A DNA stretch of 64,000 bases, from assembly GCA_951406725.2 (NCBI GenBank), contig OX597825.1, positions 84,940,001 through 85,004,000 of the forward strand, read 5' to 3'. Position numbers and translations under genes: made by a program. Below, in pieces: positions 16,929 to 30,757 of the stretch. Below the pieces are notes generated by a model. That model had not been told where the DNA came from. It saw nothing but the letters and a program-made list of their open reading frames with translations, and searched no databases. The stretch is from Octopus vulgaris (taxonomy: Eukaryota). Each line of letters begins with the position of its first letter. The stretch's first letter is position 1.

Positions 16929-17427
16929 GTATATATGTTTATGTGTATGTGTGTGTTATAGTTATTTTGGTATCTACCAATTATTCCAGTACTAGTAAAA
17001 CATTCACATATCTAACTTAATTATAAAGAATATTAGCAACAATGTGTGCTCAGAACCATTTCTACCGTGAATTGTGATATTCTTCGACATATATAAATAA
17101 AGATATGAACACATAGACGCTGGTTTTCATGCGTACATATACATAAATACACACATTTTTATCACTATATAGAACTATGATTACGTTATACATATATATA
17201 TTTTTTGTCTCTCTCTCTCTATGTATATATATGTGTGTGTATATAAAAGTGTGTGTGTATCTCTGTATGTGTATTGTGCATATATATAGAATTACGTGCG
17301 TTCTCAGGAAGACAACCCAGTATCTGTAATGTTAATAATATTTCTTATACTCTTATTGATTTCTTTAAAGACAGTATGCACTCATTATTGATCAAATGTT
17401 AATACTTTACTTTGTCTTCGAGTCTGC

Positions 17428-17458
<31 letters not shown>

Positions 17459-17536
17459 GACTTATATATATTATTCATATATACATATACACACACACGC
17501 GTGCAGATATATATATATATATATATACATATTTGT

Positions 17537-17602
<66 letters not shown>

Positions 17603-19316
17603 ATGTTTGTATATATGAATATGAAAACAAGGTGACAGTCGACTTTGGTCTCTAAAGTAGTCCACGAACTGGCATAAATTCTCTCTCAGAACTTGCCATG
17701 CCAACCCATTTCTAGGTTCCTCACAATCTATTCTTTCCGTTTGTTGCTTTCTCTACTTTGAACATGAGAAGCAGGAATGTTTATGAGAAAGAAAACGAAA
17801 ATAAAGAAATTACAAATATAATTCCAAGACTTCCATTGTGCGGCCTTATTCAGTAGTCAGCTGCAACTAGAGTATTCTTAATTTCCATAACAGAAGAGTT
17901 ATATATTTTACATTGAACGCCAATATTTCCAGGCGGTCGTTATATTTTTGACAACTGTACTCTTTGTAAGTGTGTGCACGCTCACACTCACGTAGAGATA
18001 TACATACTTTTATACAGACATATACATTTATACATACATATAAATGCTTATATATGAATAATAATGTATTTTGTAATTTCTAAATTATATATTTTTGTGT
18101 ATATACATATATATACGTATATATGTGTGTGTGTGTATGTGTTTGTGTTGGCTTATAAGGTAAAAAAATGCGTGCGTACCTTGAACTAATTCAAAGTAGT
18201 AGAAAGATCTATCAAATAAGAAAATCTAAGTCGTACTTTCTAGACGTTATAATTAAATTTTATTTCCTTGGTTCTGCTACTTAAAGCTACATTTCCTTTC
18301 ACACGTGTTTTTGACAGAATATCTATGTTGGAATCATTCTTCAACTAGAACATCGCAGAAGCGTATTTAAATCAAATTCAATGAATTCCCATGCATTTGC
18401 CGGTGGTTTCTTTTTTGGAAATGTTTTTACTTCATTCTACAGAATTTCATTTTAGAGAAATCTCAGCTTACAAAATTGATTTATGTATTTGAAGAATTGA
18501 AGAAATAAATCTCGAAAATGAAAAAGGAAGTTTTGTTAACTTTATTATACAAACGTAATAAAAGTGGAGGAACTCAGATGCCTTACATCTGTTTATTTTG
18601 TAAACAAATGCGAAATTCTTGAGCATACTTCTTCAAGAATTAACGCCTCTGATTTACGCCTCTGATTCTTCGACGAAGAATTCATGAATTATTTTCTCAA
18701 TATTGCGCCATTTACCTTGCTTTTGTTGCCGCCGACGTTGTTGTTTCTCATCAGATCATCCATGACAAAGGAAACCTTAACACGGGTTGTATTAGCTATT
18801 ACATTATATTTGAAAGGAAAGTGAACAATATACCACATCATGAATTGTGCCGCTTTCTATGTCAGAAAGATGTAATTAAAGGACGATGTGGCTGCTATAT
18901 CTAGCAGATCCATTGACTACGTAGAGCTTCCTTCATCTACTCATCAATAACTTTGTTCATAGAACATACATACCCAATGCATATAAAAAATGTCCGCTTT
19001 GCCAGTTAACAACTGTTTTAAGCCGTCGTCCGTGGATATATCGTTGATAATCCTGCAAGAATATATCCCTGTCATAATCGAAGTTAATGCCCGCTGGGTT
19101 TTATACAGATACACAAACGTATATGTGCGTGAGAGAGCTTGTTTTGTATTTATACATTCATATGCATACACACACACACATTCATAAATATAGACATACA
19201 AGCACGCATGCACACACACACACCTTTGATCTCTATACATATTTTAAGTCACGATTACATACCCATCACTGTAAATATTTCTCCCCACTACTCCAGTTTT
19301 TGTATTTTTGTGTGTG

Positions 19317-19376
<60 letters not shown>

Positions 19377-19751
19377 AACAATTATCTCCCCTGTTCACAA
19401 TAATATGATAAGCAATTACCTCCCCTTAGATTTTTCTATTTCTTTCATGGACAAAAATATGGTTCTTAAGAAAATAGGTTTTTAAATAAGTTTAATGCTT
19501 TGATTACCGTAAACGAACCTGATCGACAAACACAATATAAAATATATCTAAAATTATATTCAAACCATGTAAAGTGTGTGCCTTTTCGTTGTTCAATTTC
19601 TTATATATATTTTACAATTTACAACGTTGAGATAATCGAAATTCCTCCCGTTCTTTTACTATATAAACTACAGAAGATCTGTAGTATATGGTTAAAGAAT
19701 GTATTAAAATCGTCATGTCAGGAAACTGATACAAAATTTTGTGTATATTGA

Positions 19752-19925
19752 CATTGTTTTGGGAAAAATGCTGATTTGGCGTTTTATTTTCAAATTTCTC
19801 AAATTTCTTTACCTAAGTTGTGTCATCTGTTCGCTATGGGGCGATGTAGATGACACAACATCGATAAAGAAAGTTGAGAAATTTGATAAGAAAATGCGAA
19901 ACTGGTTATTTCTCCAAAGACAATG
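19752..19925. repeat. Imperfect long inverted repeat (arms about 83 bp, 6-nt loop)
   Basis: caaatttctcaaatttcttt..gttgtgtcatct..tcgc / tatggg / gcga..agatgacacaac..aaagaaagttgagaaatttg. Confidence 0.85.
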
Positions 19926-20210
19926 CACTCTGGATCGACAGCAAATTGCATTCCCAGAATGCAGAATGATACTCCTTAGTGAACATATTGTGAGATGCGC
20001 AAAGCAACTACTACCACAGCTTTAATCTTTCCATTCTATCAATGTGCCATTGGAACACCAACACAAGTTAGATTAAACAAGGAAACCTTCTTAGTTGTAA
20101 AATATAAGCCAAAACTTAAACATTTCTAAACTTTTTAAATAAGGAAACTCACCTCGTTGAAAAAAATGATATATGTATATATATACATATATTCATATGT
20201 ATATATTCTA

Positions 20211-20267
<57 letters not shown>

Positions 20268-20313
20268 TGTAGATATATGCACATAGATTTTAGTGTAGGT
20301 AGTCTTGAATATA

Positions 20314-20352
<39 letters not shown>

Positions 20353-22547
20353 GTGTGTGTTTGTGTGTGTGTGTGTTTGTGTTTGTGTGTGTGGGGGGGT
20401 GTATAATAAACATTAGTAAAAGCCAAATAAAATCTGTTTCTGAATATTTTAATGATGGCGACGGTCTATTATTCTCTCTTTGCCAAAAATAACAAGAGAA
20501 CCAAAGAAATCAAAGATAAACCGATATATCAGTTCTCTTTCATATGCACCACCTATACAGGACTTTGCAATAATCAATACTTACTCTCTGCTAAACTACA
20601 TACGGGTGTCAACACGCTGCAAAGTAAGGGTATAAAATTCTAACAATATTTGAGTTCTTTTATGTATTTATTATCAGTATTAAAGTGTATTTTTTTTATT
20701 TATGTCTTTGTTCTTTGTTTACTTTTCTTCGTTGATTCTGCGATGAAAACTAAATATATGGAACGACTGCTTCTCTGTCTTCCAACACGCCGCTGAATTC
20801 CAGCTCCAGAATCTGTTGTCAATATTGTAGAGAGAATAGTTTACCTCCGTGTACGTTACCAAAGAGTACAAAAGAAAAACAGACTATGCAGACTACATCT
20901 CTCGATTTGAGTTCACGATGAGCCGCATTAATTAACAATAATCATATCACATTTAACTCCATCTTGTAACTTTTACATGTTTCAATCACTCTAATGAGAA
21001 CAAAATGAAACAGGTAGTAATCTTTAAACAAATAATGTGATCTTTTTCCGAATGATTTTCTTGCAACAAATAAGAAATTGCTTATTAATTTGTGAAGCAA
21101 TCAAATAATACAAGATATTTATATTGGTGAACCCTGAGAGCTTAACAAACGAGAAATATAGATTGCTGTACACACCGATCAAACACAGGAGCAATCCGAT
21201 ACTTCTACAAGTAGATCAACAACTGTGAAGAAGAAACAATCCGTTGCATGTCCTATTCTGTGGAGTTGATAAATGTAACGAAAAGTCACTGTATCGAATT
21301 TATCCGTTTCAGTACGTAAAGTGAATGAGATATATAGAGCAGATAATCGGGAAACTGAAGTGCACGAGAGACGTAATTTGAAAAGAATTTCTTATGTCTC
21401 TCGGAAAAAACATGGTGACCAGTAGTATTTTAAAATGTACAGCAAAGAATTCTATGTTTTGCGCGAAACGTAAATATCAAGAGAGTGGTAGTGCGTGTGT
21501 GAGCGGGTGCGCGTAATTTTATGTGTATGTGTGTGTATGCATGTGTGTACGTGTCCGTGTTTTTATGTAGGTTTAAGGTTGGGTGTGTATATATGTGCAT
21601 GCATATATATGTGTGTGTGTGTGTGTGTTTATGTGTGTGCGTGTATGTATATATATATATTTATATTAATATATAGATATATGATATACATATATACACA
21701 TTTACATACGCGTATATCTGTATGTATATGCGTACGTATGTATGTAAGTACGTACGTACGTATGTATTTTTGTATGTACGTATGTACGTATGTATGAATG
21801 TATGTACGTACGTAAGTATAAATGAATGCATGTACATATATATGTACGTATGTATGAATGTACGTATGTACGTATGTATTATGTATATATGCTTGTATGT
21901 ATGTATGTACGTATGTACGTATGTATGTATATTTGAATATGCTTATGTATGTATATCTTTACCAAGCTCACTTGCTTTCGATTTATGGTTTCTCCGTTAA
22001 ATTTGTTATTGCAGATGCGACCTCTCTGTCAATCGATAATTTAATGGAAGCATTTAAAGAAATGAAAATATAAACGAACTGGACAAAAATATTAATAAGC
22101 AAAGGGAAAACAGCGGACGATATTTTGATTAAATTTAGGAGGCAAAAGCAAAGTTTTCTCAGGAAATTTACAGGAAATATAAACGCCACTTATATTTAAA
22201 TGTATCCAGAACTAATGCACCTGCGGAATATAGATTTTACAAATGTGCACGTAATGCTTTCTTACATATGTCTATGTCTGTCGATGTGTGTGCGCGCGTG
22301 TATACATATACGTATATGTATATGTGTGTGGATGTGTATATATATACGATTATGTGTGTGTGAGTGTATACATACTCATATATACGCATGCAAGCGTTTT
22401 TGAGTGGGAGAGACTGGGGAAGAGAAAGCGGTGAGATATCTTTGCCAGCTAGATATATAGATATACACACAGATATATATATACACATGCACACATATAA
22501 AAATGTATGTGCGTACAAAGAGACAAAGAGACACACAAATAGATATT

Positions 22548-22588
<41 letters not shown>

Positions 22589-22631
22589 AGAGAGAGAGAG
22601 AGACAGACAGGGAGGGAGGAGAGAGAAAGAG

Positions 22632-22795
<164 letters not shown>

Positions 22796-22854
22796 GGCTG
22801 GATATATGGACAGGTGGATGGATGGATATATACATATATATGTTATATATACAT

Positions 22855-22981
22855 ATTTCTGTCGAAGAGCGTAGGCTCGAACACACTTATTCTATTTCTA
22901 TTCCTGAGCGCCATACTAATACATTTGTTTGTTTGTACTCCACCTGCCTTCGTCTTTTGTTTATTTTCGTAAACTTACCCG

Positions 22982-22985
<4 letters not shown>
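22855..22985 (+). mobile_element. Short repeat beside a (TA)n tract with a degenerate hammerhead-like head (same family as 30605-30757)
   Basis: CTGTCGA a gagc-gtag-gctc GAACAC, followed by ttcctgagcgccatactaatac, which matches the 30640 copy. Confidence 0.65.
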
Positions 22986-23049
<64 letters not shown>

Positions 23050-23501
23050 GTATATATGTATATATATATGTATATATATATGTACCCAGAATATATTATT
23101 AGATGGATGATTAAACAAGTAGATAGATTTAAGTAAGACCCGATCTTAGGCCCTCACATGTTATTCCGCTCTTTAATCTTGAATTAACTTTCTATTTCTA
23201 AAAATTCCGTTTGCTTCCATACCTCCACATACACACACATGCATGAGTACACACATACATATACGCACACATATATTTCAACACACACACATGTGTGCAC
23301 ATGTAGATAGACATGTCATGCATTAAAGTCAAAAAGGCAATATGTACAACATGAGTCAAGAGGGAATAACTTACTAATACATAGGCAGAAAGTGTGTTTC
23401 AAACATAACGTTGATCACTACATGAACACACACGCGCACACACACACACACATACACACACACGCACACACTAACACGCATACACACTGTTACATACGTG
23501 T

Positions 23502-23619
<118 letters not shown>

Positions 23620-23730
23620 GTATGTATATCCACTCTTACTATTTACGAATATATATATATAGATATATTTATATATACCTATGAACATATGCACAGACTG
23701 AAATTTAATAAATGCATGAATGCATAGAAT

Positions 23731-23768
<38 letters not shown>

Positions 23769-24043
23769 CCCCATATATATATGTATATATATATATATAC
23801 ATTCCTGTATATATTTATATATATATGCATGCACACAGATATATGTTATGCATATATATATATATTATATTTAAATATATATATATATATATGCAGTGAG
23901 AGAGTGAGAGAGAGAGACGTATATAGATATGCACACATTGTAATAAATGCATGGATGCATAAATTGATTTCTACAAACAGATGAGCGATTAGTTATACAC
24001 ATACAATATTTCTTTCCGTATATCTCTCACGCATACATAACTA

Positions 24044-24118
<75 letters not shown>

Positions 24119-24509
24119 ATGTATATGTATATGTATATATATATCAATTCATCCTTCTGTCTATCCTGTAAGATATGTATTTATCTTCCCATCTATCCCT
24201 TTGCGTATATGTTATATATATATGATATTTTAAGTAGTTATTATTAATATAAATGCGATTATAGATTCGGATTCCCAGAATACAGATATAAATGACTAAT
24301 TGTATGGAATCACAAAGGTATGTCTGGAATACAGTTAGAATATAATGTATTGCCCTTTGCTGTTACTGAATAAACGCAACTTATTTTGATAAGCAGCCAT
24401 TTTAAACAGTTACTTTTATTCAACACTTTTGTAGCCTTCCTTTGGCATATAATTTTTTCCTTTGGCTTACGAAATTGATACATATAATGAGATAGTCAAA
24501 TACATATAC

Positions 24510-24618
<109 letters not shown>

Positions 24619-24720
24619 TGTATGTATGTATATATATATATGTATACATGGGCCGAGAGCCGGATGGAAGGATACGTGTATGTAAACGTGTATGTATTAA
24701 TTATTAATCAGTTTACTTAC

Positions 24721-25256
24721 CAATCAAAGGAACGAATTCTGAAGTGGCAGGCATATTTTCGGCAATTAGCAACATGAAGACGGAAAAGGCTAAGAGAACT
24801 GTTAATCCTAGCGTGACCTTTTCGCCAGAATCTGGAGGGAGACAGAAGCCCGTTAAGGAGAGGGTGGATAGAAGGACGCACGGTATAATTACATTAAAAC
24901 AATAGTACAAAATCCTTCTTCGAACTTGTACGTAGAATGTCACATCTGGGAAGGGTTCCGGACAGCAGGGATATGTTATTTCATTTCGTATCACTTTTGT
25001 GGCGACTAACGTCCATTCACCATTATTCACATAATTTGATAGATCAATATTATCTGTGAGGTTTGTAACATCGACTTGGAAGCCATCATAAGCCCAAGAT
25101 CCGAGCTTTAGCTTGCAAATTTGGTCATCGAATGGGAAATAAGTGATGTCCATTTTGCACGAACTACGCATGCGTACAATTGGCGGCCAAAAAACACTTC
25201 CGTTAGCTTCAATCATTGCAAGACTTTTCATATATCCCTGATTGAGGCTTTCAGCA
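24721..25256 (-). CDS. nAChR exon D, 536 nt: Cys-loop, loop B, loop C (YPCC), TM1, TM2
   Basis: Lies within ORF 24713..25366. Contains the Cys-loop [21 protein letters not shown], vicinal YPCC and TM2 [23 protein letters not shown]. Acceptor ttttttcag|T (phase 2, completing Ser) and donor G|gtaagt (phase 1). Resembles alpha7/9/10-type subunits. Confidence 0.96.
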
Positions 25257-25404
25257 CTGAAAAAACAGAAAACAGAATACCAAAAATCACAACGTATAGA
25301 AGCGGTCAATGAATCGAATTCTTCAAGAAAGTCACTTTTAAACGTGTTAATTGTTGGAAAAACCATTAACGATAATTATTACGATAGATAACAGTATAAT
25401 ATCG

Positions 25405-25615
25405 GCTTCCAATTTTGGCACAAGGCCAGAAATTTCGGGTTAGGGCGTAAGTCAATTACATCGACGTCAGTTCTCAGTTGGTTCTTATTTTATCGATACC
25501 GAAAATAAAATGCTAAGTCAACCACAGCAGAATTTGAGATCGGAACGTAAAAACGGACGAAATGCCGTGAAACACTTTGCCCAGTACGATGACAATTCTG
25601 CCTGCTAACTGCCTT
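25405..25615 (-). mobile_element. SINE family B copy
   Basis: Reverse-complement similarity to the 36065 element. Lies about 150 bp from the exon D acceptor. Confidence 0.7.
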
Positions 25616-26066
25616 ATAACAGGATAATATTAATGAAGAAATGTTATCCTTTACATATATAGATAAATAGATAGATAGACAGACAAATAGTCAGAAAGAT
25701 AGATGAATTGACTAATAAACACATACATACATCAACCGATGTTCATGAATAAATCATTTTGATAAACGCAGTGCTAAAGTATGATATATATATATATATA
25801 CACACAAAAAAATATTCTATAATTATGTTTATAATTATAGAGTATTTGTATAATTTTACCTAAAAAGGTTATTTTAACGTAACGAACTACTTGGTAAGAT
25901 TATTAATTATTAATTAAGTAATTCATTATTTAATTAATTATACCCTTTTATTATCATTTAAAATTATATGTATATAATTATATACACATACACACACTTT
26001 TAGTTTATAGAATGCCGTGTTGAAGGAAGCGGTGTAGATAGAAAAAAAAGATTGCGATCGTCTCAC

Positions 26067-26176
26067 CTGTTGTAGAGAACTATGTCTGGACGCCAAATGA
26101 AGTCACAGGGAATCCTAAACTTAGTGATTCCGCTGAAGTCGTTTGGATCCCAGTTGAGCTTCTCATCAAACCACGA
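26067..26176 (-). CDS. nAChR exon C, 110-nt exon [36 protein letters not shown](S) (loop A)
   Basis: Acceptor gtttccttttag| and donor AG|gtgaga, phase 0/2. Contains the W.PDIVLYN motif. Confidence 0.95.
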
Positions 26177-26237
26177 CTAAAAGGAAACATAGATTTACAC
26201 TTGGTGAATAGCCAACACCACAACAATAACAACAACT

Positions 26238-26302
<65 letters not shown>

Positions 26303-26344
26303 GAGGAGGAGGATGTTGATGATGATGATGATGATGATGATGAT

Positions 26345-26546
26345 TTCAAATTTTCGCTCGAGGAAATTTCGGGACAGGGTTAAATAGATTACATCGTCTC
26401 CGGTACTTATCTGGTACTTATTTCATCAACCCAGAAAGGATGTAAGGCAAAGTCGATCTCGGTGGAATTTGAACTCAGAATGTAAAGCCAGACGAAATGC
26501 TGTTAAGAAGATTTTCCGGCGTACTAACCATTCTACCAGCTCGCCG
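26345..26546 (-). mobile_element. SINE family B copy
   Basis: ggaatttgaactcagaa..gacgaaatgc..ctaccagctcgcc is the reverse complement of the family B head and body. Confidence 0.75.
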
Positions 26547-26990
26547 CAAAGATAAAGTATCATACAAGGAATTGAAAACGAAAGAAGCTGAAAATAGGTG
26601 GGTAAAGAAAAGAATGCATGGTCAATTTCATAAGGATGTTGAATCTAACACAGACAGAGAAAAACGATGGTTTTGGACGACTAAAAGGGATTTAAAACCG
26701 AGAACGGTGTCTCTAATCTGTGCAGCACAAGAGCAAGCACTAAGGACAATCTGCGTAAAATACAGAATAGACAACGCATCAGAAAGTGATAAGTGCAGAA
26801 TCTGTGGACAAAACGGTGAAACCGTATGGCATATTGCCAGCCAATATACGCCACTAGCCCAGAAGGAATATAAGAGACACCACGGCAATATAGCAAGGCT
26901 TGTAACCGCTCGAATACTCCGGAAGTTGCTCGAAAAGGAAGAAGTGACACCGTAGTACATGTCCACGGTTAGAAGCTGGGCAAAGGCAAT
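26547..26990 (+). mobile_element. R4/Dong-like (RLE-clade) non-LTR retrotransposon 3' fragment ending in (TAA)n
   Basis: Translates as W..K.MHGQF...W.W....LKP.T.SLICAAQEQALRT...KCRICGQNGETVWHI..Y..LAQKEYKRHH (CCHC knuckle region). Internally deleted. The 3' end gggcaaaggc runs directly into a TAA tract. Confidence 0.8.
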
Positions 26991-27010
26991 AATAATAATA
27001 ATAATGATAG

Positions 27011-27097
<87 letters not shown>

Positions 27098-29015
27098 CAA
27101 CATCAACAGCAATGGTTCCAAATGCATCTTCTGATGTGATGGTTTCTGCATTTAGAAATTTCTTCTCTATAAAGCTCCCCATTTATGTTGACCGGTGTAT
27201 GTCAACTGAAAGCAAGATCTGATACAGCTTGAAAGAACTGTCAGTGCAAATTTCTATCAGAGCGCAATAGGAATCTCTCACAACCCTCTCGCCATTCCAC
27301 CGAAAACGACCCGGAGACATGGAACAATAATCACCAACTTCTAATGAATTAAAGTCTAATTTAATACCAACAGCCTTTTAACTGTTACAGAGACAGAAAC
27401 ACAGGAAGCTGGATCCGCAGCCGTAAAGTAAAGGATATCAATCCAATAATTCATTTGTACCTTATTTCATCGATACAAAAAGAACAAATATTTCCTTGAT
27501 ACAAATTGAACACGAGATCCATAAATATACATTTCGCTGTATCTTGTCGCAGATCTAAGCTACTCCGCCTTTAATTTTATCAGAAGTATCAGTGATGACA
27601 TCATAGAATCTTCAGAACTGAACAAACAATATTGCAGTGTTGTTGATCCTCACAGACTGAATTTTAAATCATTTTGGGACACTTTATATATTTATCAGCT
27701 TAAAGTTACAGAAAGTTCTATTTTTTATATCTTTGGGGAATAAACTTTCCTTATGATTTTTCGAATAAAAAAATGGGGATTTAAAGGACTTTGAATATCA
27801 TAATTATATTTTGTAAGAGAAACCTTCGATTAAGTGATATTACATCGATGCAATGCAGATCTATTGATCTACAATAAATGATTGCGTATTAAATCTTACA
27901 TTAAACCAGATCTAAATCTAAAATCTGTCATTTAGTCTCTCTGATTACGATTGTAATCAATACAGCATTTCCAGTTCAATTCTCGGTTAGAATATTCCAG
28001 ATGCAACTGTTAAACACATTTAAATTTTACTTTTTTTTTTGTATTCTTGAGAATTTTGTTTTGATTTTTCAAAACCAATACAATTCCTGATATAAACGAC
28101 ATTTCTACATTTCTAATCTACTTTTCATTCTTATATACTTATTCTTTCATTCGTTCTTTCATTACAAGAAACACACCCCCGATTCGAAATAGAGAAAGAA
28201 AAATGTGAAACCTGCTTACCGATCAATATTTCCAACAATGTTTTCTAAGTTTATAGTTTTTTTATGATCTAAGATGAAGAAAGCCATTGTGTCTTGGCAT
28301 AAAATAATCGATTCCGAGAAATATTTTTTTCCTTACTTATATAGGCGGCTGATTCTCAATAACCGTTCTATTTTCAACTCATAAAGGTAATTGTTTTATT
28401 TCATATTATAAGAAATCATGAAGACAAGAAACAATGTAAACAGCAAAGACGTTGTACAATTGATTTTCTTGTATTAGCTCAGGTCCTTTGGTATGTTTAA
28501 AGCAATGTGAATGCGGGATGCAGTGGCATTCATGCGTTTTCCGATGGGATTTTTCTATAAGAGAAAATTCCATGCCACTCTGAGCATGACCTGTGGTCGA
28601 ATTAAATCCTCATTTGACCACCATAAAATATGCAGCTTACGAAGTCGAAGAGAGAGTCAGATAGATCGAAAGAGAAAAAGGAAGAGAGAGGGAGAGAATA
28701 AGAAAGAGAGTGACGAACGAAAGCGAGATGCAGGAGAAGGCAGGGATAAAGTGAAAACAATATATGTATATATATATATATATGCAAGCAGAAATTTTCC
28801 TGTGTAATTTCCTTAGAGAAAATATGGTAATCCCACGATAGATTATTCATGATATAACAGACAGCAGATATTATTAAAAATGATAATAATGATTTTGAAG
28901 ATGATGATGATGATGATGATGATGATAATAATAATGGAGACCTCGACGACGAAGACGACGTCGATGATTGTGGTGGTGATAATAATATTAACAACAATAA
29001 TAATAATACACTAAT

Positions 29016-29193
29016 TCGCGCACATATGGTTGTAATGCATGTGCCTGGTGTACGCTTATCAGACAGATACTCATTATGGGTACACTGGACTTCGGAAATT
29101 TGTAGCCCGGTGTCACTTTGAAGGCATGCACTGCTCTCTCATTCAATATTAATAATAATGATAATAGTAATAATAATAATGATAGTAGTAGTA

Positions 29194-29264
<71 letters not shown>

Positions 29265-30030
29265 CCTTAAACAACCCTTATTCAGGGACCTTTTGAGCGG
29301 GATGGGCTACTCAACCTGAAGAAAATTCTAACTGGGCCCCACCTGCAAGGTCATGTGCTGTTTATCTTGATATGAGATCACCATGTCGCGCACATATGGT
29401 TGTGATGCATGTGCCTGGTATACCTTTATCAGACGGGTAGTCATGATGGGTATATTGGGCTTCATATATTTTACCCCAGTGTCACTTTGATGGCATGCAC
29501 TGCTCTCTCACTCAATAATAATAATATGGAAGTGTTATCATGTACATTGTTTTGTCTTGGTATAAAAGATAGGCTACAGCAAATATTCTGCTCAATACCA
29601 CAGATTTGCTTGTCAGTTGTTTGGCCTTCACCAGTTGAGCATGTCCCTTAGTGGCTGACAATATGTGTACCTCTGATCATGAGCAGAAGTAGTGGGGGAG
29701 CATCATAGCCATATGTTGAGAGGGTTTCTTTGGGATTTGAATAATTCACCTCTGGAAACATGGGTGTTTCGTTCAACATCCTTAAGTAACCCTTATTCAG
29801 GGACCTTTTGAGCAGGATGGGCTACTGAACCTGAAGAAAGTTCTTACTGGGCCCCACCTGCAAGGTCATGTGTTGTTTATCTTGATATGAGATCACCATG
29901 TCGTGCACATATGGTTGTGATGCATGTGCCTGGTGTACCCTTATCAGACGGGTAGTCATGATGGGTATATTGGGCTTCGTATATTTTACCCCAGTGTCAC
30001 TTTGATGGCATGAACTGCTCTCTCACTCAA
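29016..30030 (+). mobile_element. Three tandem 5'-truncated copies of a (TAA)n-tailed retroelement 3' end
   Basis: Copies at about 29016-29146, 29263-29516 and 29527-30030 all end in gcactgctctctca(c/t)tcaata(a/t)t and are separated by TAA tracts. Confidence 0.85.
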
Positions 30031-30062
30031 TAATAATAATAATGATAATGATGATGATGATG

Positions 30063-30155
<93 letters not shown>

Positions 30156-30358
30156 GAAAGGCACGGGAAATGAAACTTGCATAATTGACATGCAAGAAAA
30201 TATTGTCGAGATAACATACTTGCGAATAAAATTATTGCTCATTGTCTTAATGATGTTGGCGATGATGATGATGATGATGTAATAAACTTCCCTCAACTTT
30301 AGGGTTTTGTCTGTTGGAGGGTTTAAGAAAGGATTAATTACTCTAAACTGATACTTAC

Positions 30359-30403
30359 CTGGTCTAACCAGACGTTTGATGTTAAAATTTGATTCTTTTC
30401 ATC
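30359..30403 (-). CDS. nAChR exon B, 45-nt exon DEKNQILTSNVWLDQ (loop D Trp)
   Basis: Not in the ORF track. Read by hand: gtttaatttcag|GAT GAA AAG AAT CAA ATT TTA ACA TCA AAC GTC TGG TTA GAC CAG|gtaagt, phase 0/0. This is the classic 45-nt nAChR exon. Confidence 0.95.
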
Positions 30404-30507
30404 CTGAAATTAAACAAGACGAAGGAAAATGTTAAGAATACAATTAAATGCAATTATTATAGACGAATAATTAGCACCTGTATATATTTACACACACATA
30501 TAGGTAG

Positions 30508-30604
<97 letters not shown>

Positions 30605-30605
<1 letters not shown>

Positions 30606-30757
30606 AGTTTCTTTCATTCTCTCTCTCTGTGTTTCCTTTCTGTTGAAGAGCGTAGGCTCGAAACGTAAAAGACTTTTTCCCGAGCGTCAAACTAATACAC
30701 CTGTTTGTTGTTCATACACCAGTCCTCGTCTTTTGTTTTTCCCTAAATTCCAACTAC
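30605..30757 (+). mobile_element. Short PLE-like repeat between (TA)n tracts
   Basis: A second copy lies at 22855. Contains the hammerhead-like motif listed separately. Confidence 0.65.
30636..30671 (+). ncRNA. Minimal type I hammerhead-like motif with variant core CUGUUGA
   Basis: Stem I cttt/aaag; CTGTTGA-a; stem II gagc-gtag-gctc; GAAAC-GTA. Confidence 0.55.

Noticed and set aside
18735-18756. Minus-strand CTGATGAGAAAC
   Set aside because: There is no stem II between the core halves and no stem I.
24713-25366. Single-exon chemotactile-receptor-like or truncated two-TM protein
   Set aside because: It is an internal exon of a spliced gene with intact YxCC and aromatic loops. The stop lies just inside the intron (gtaagtaa).
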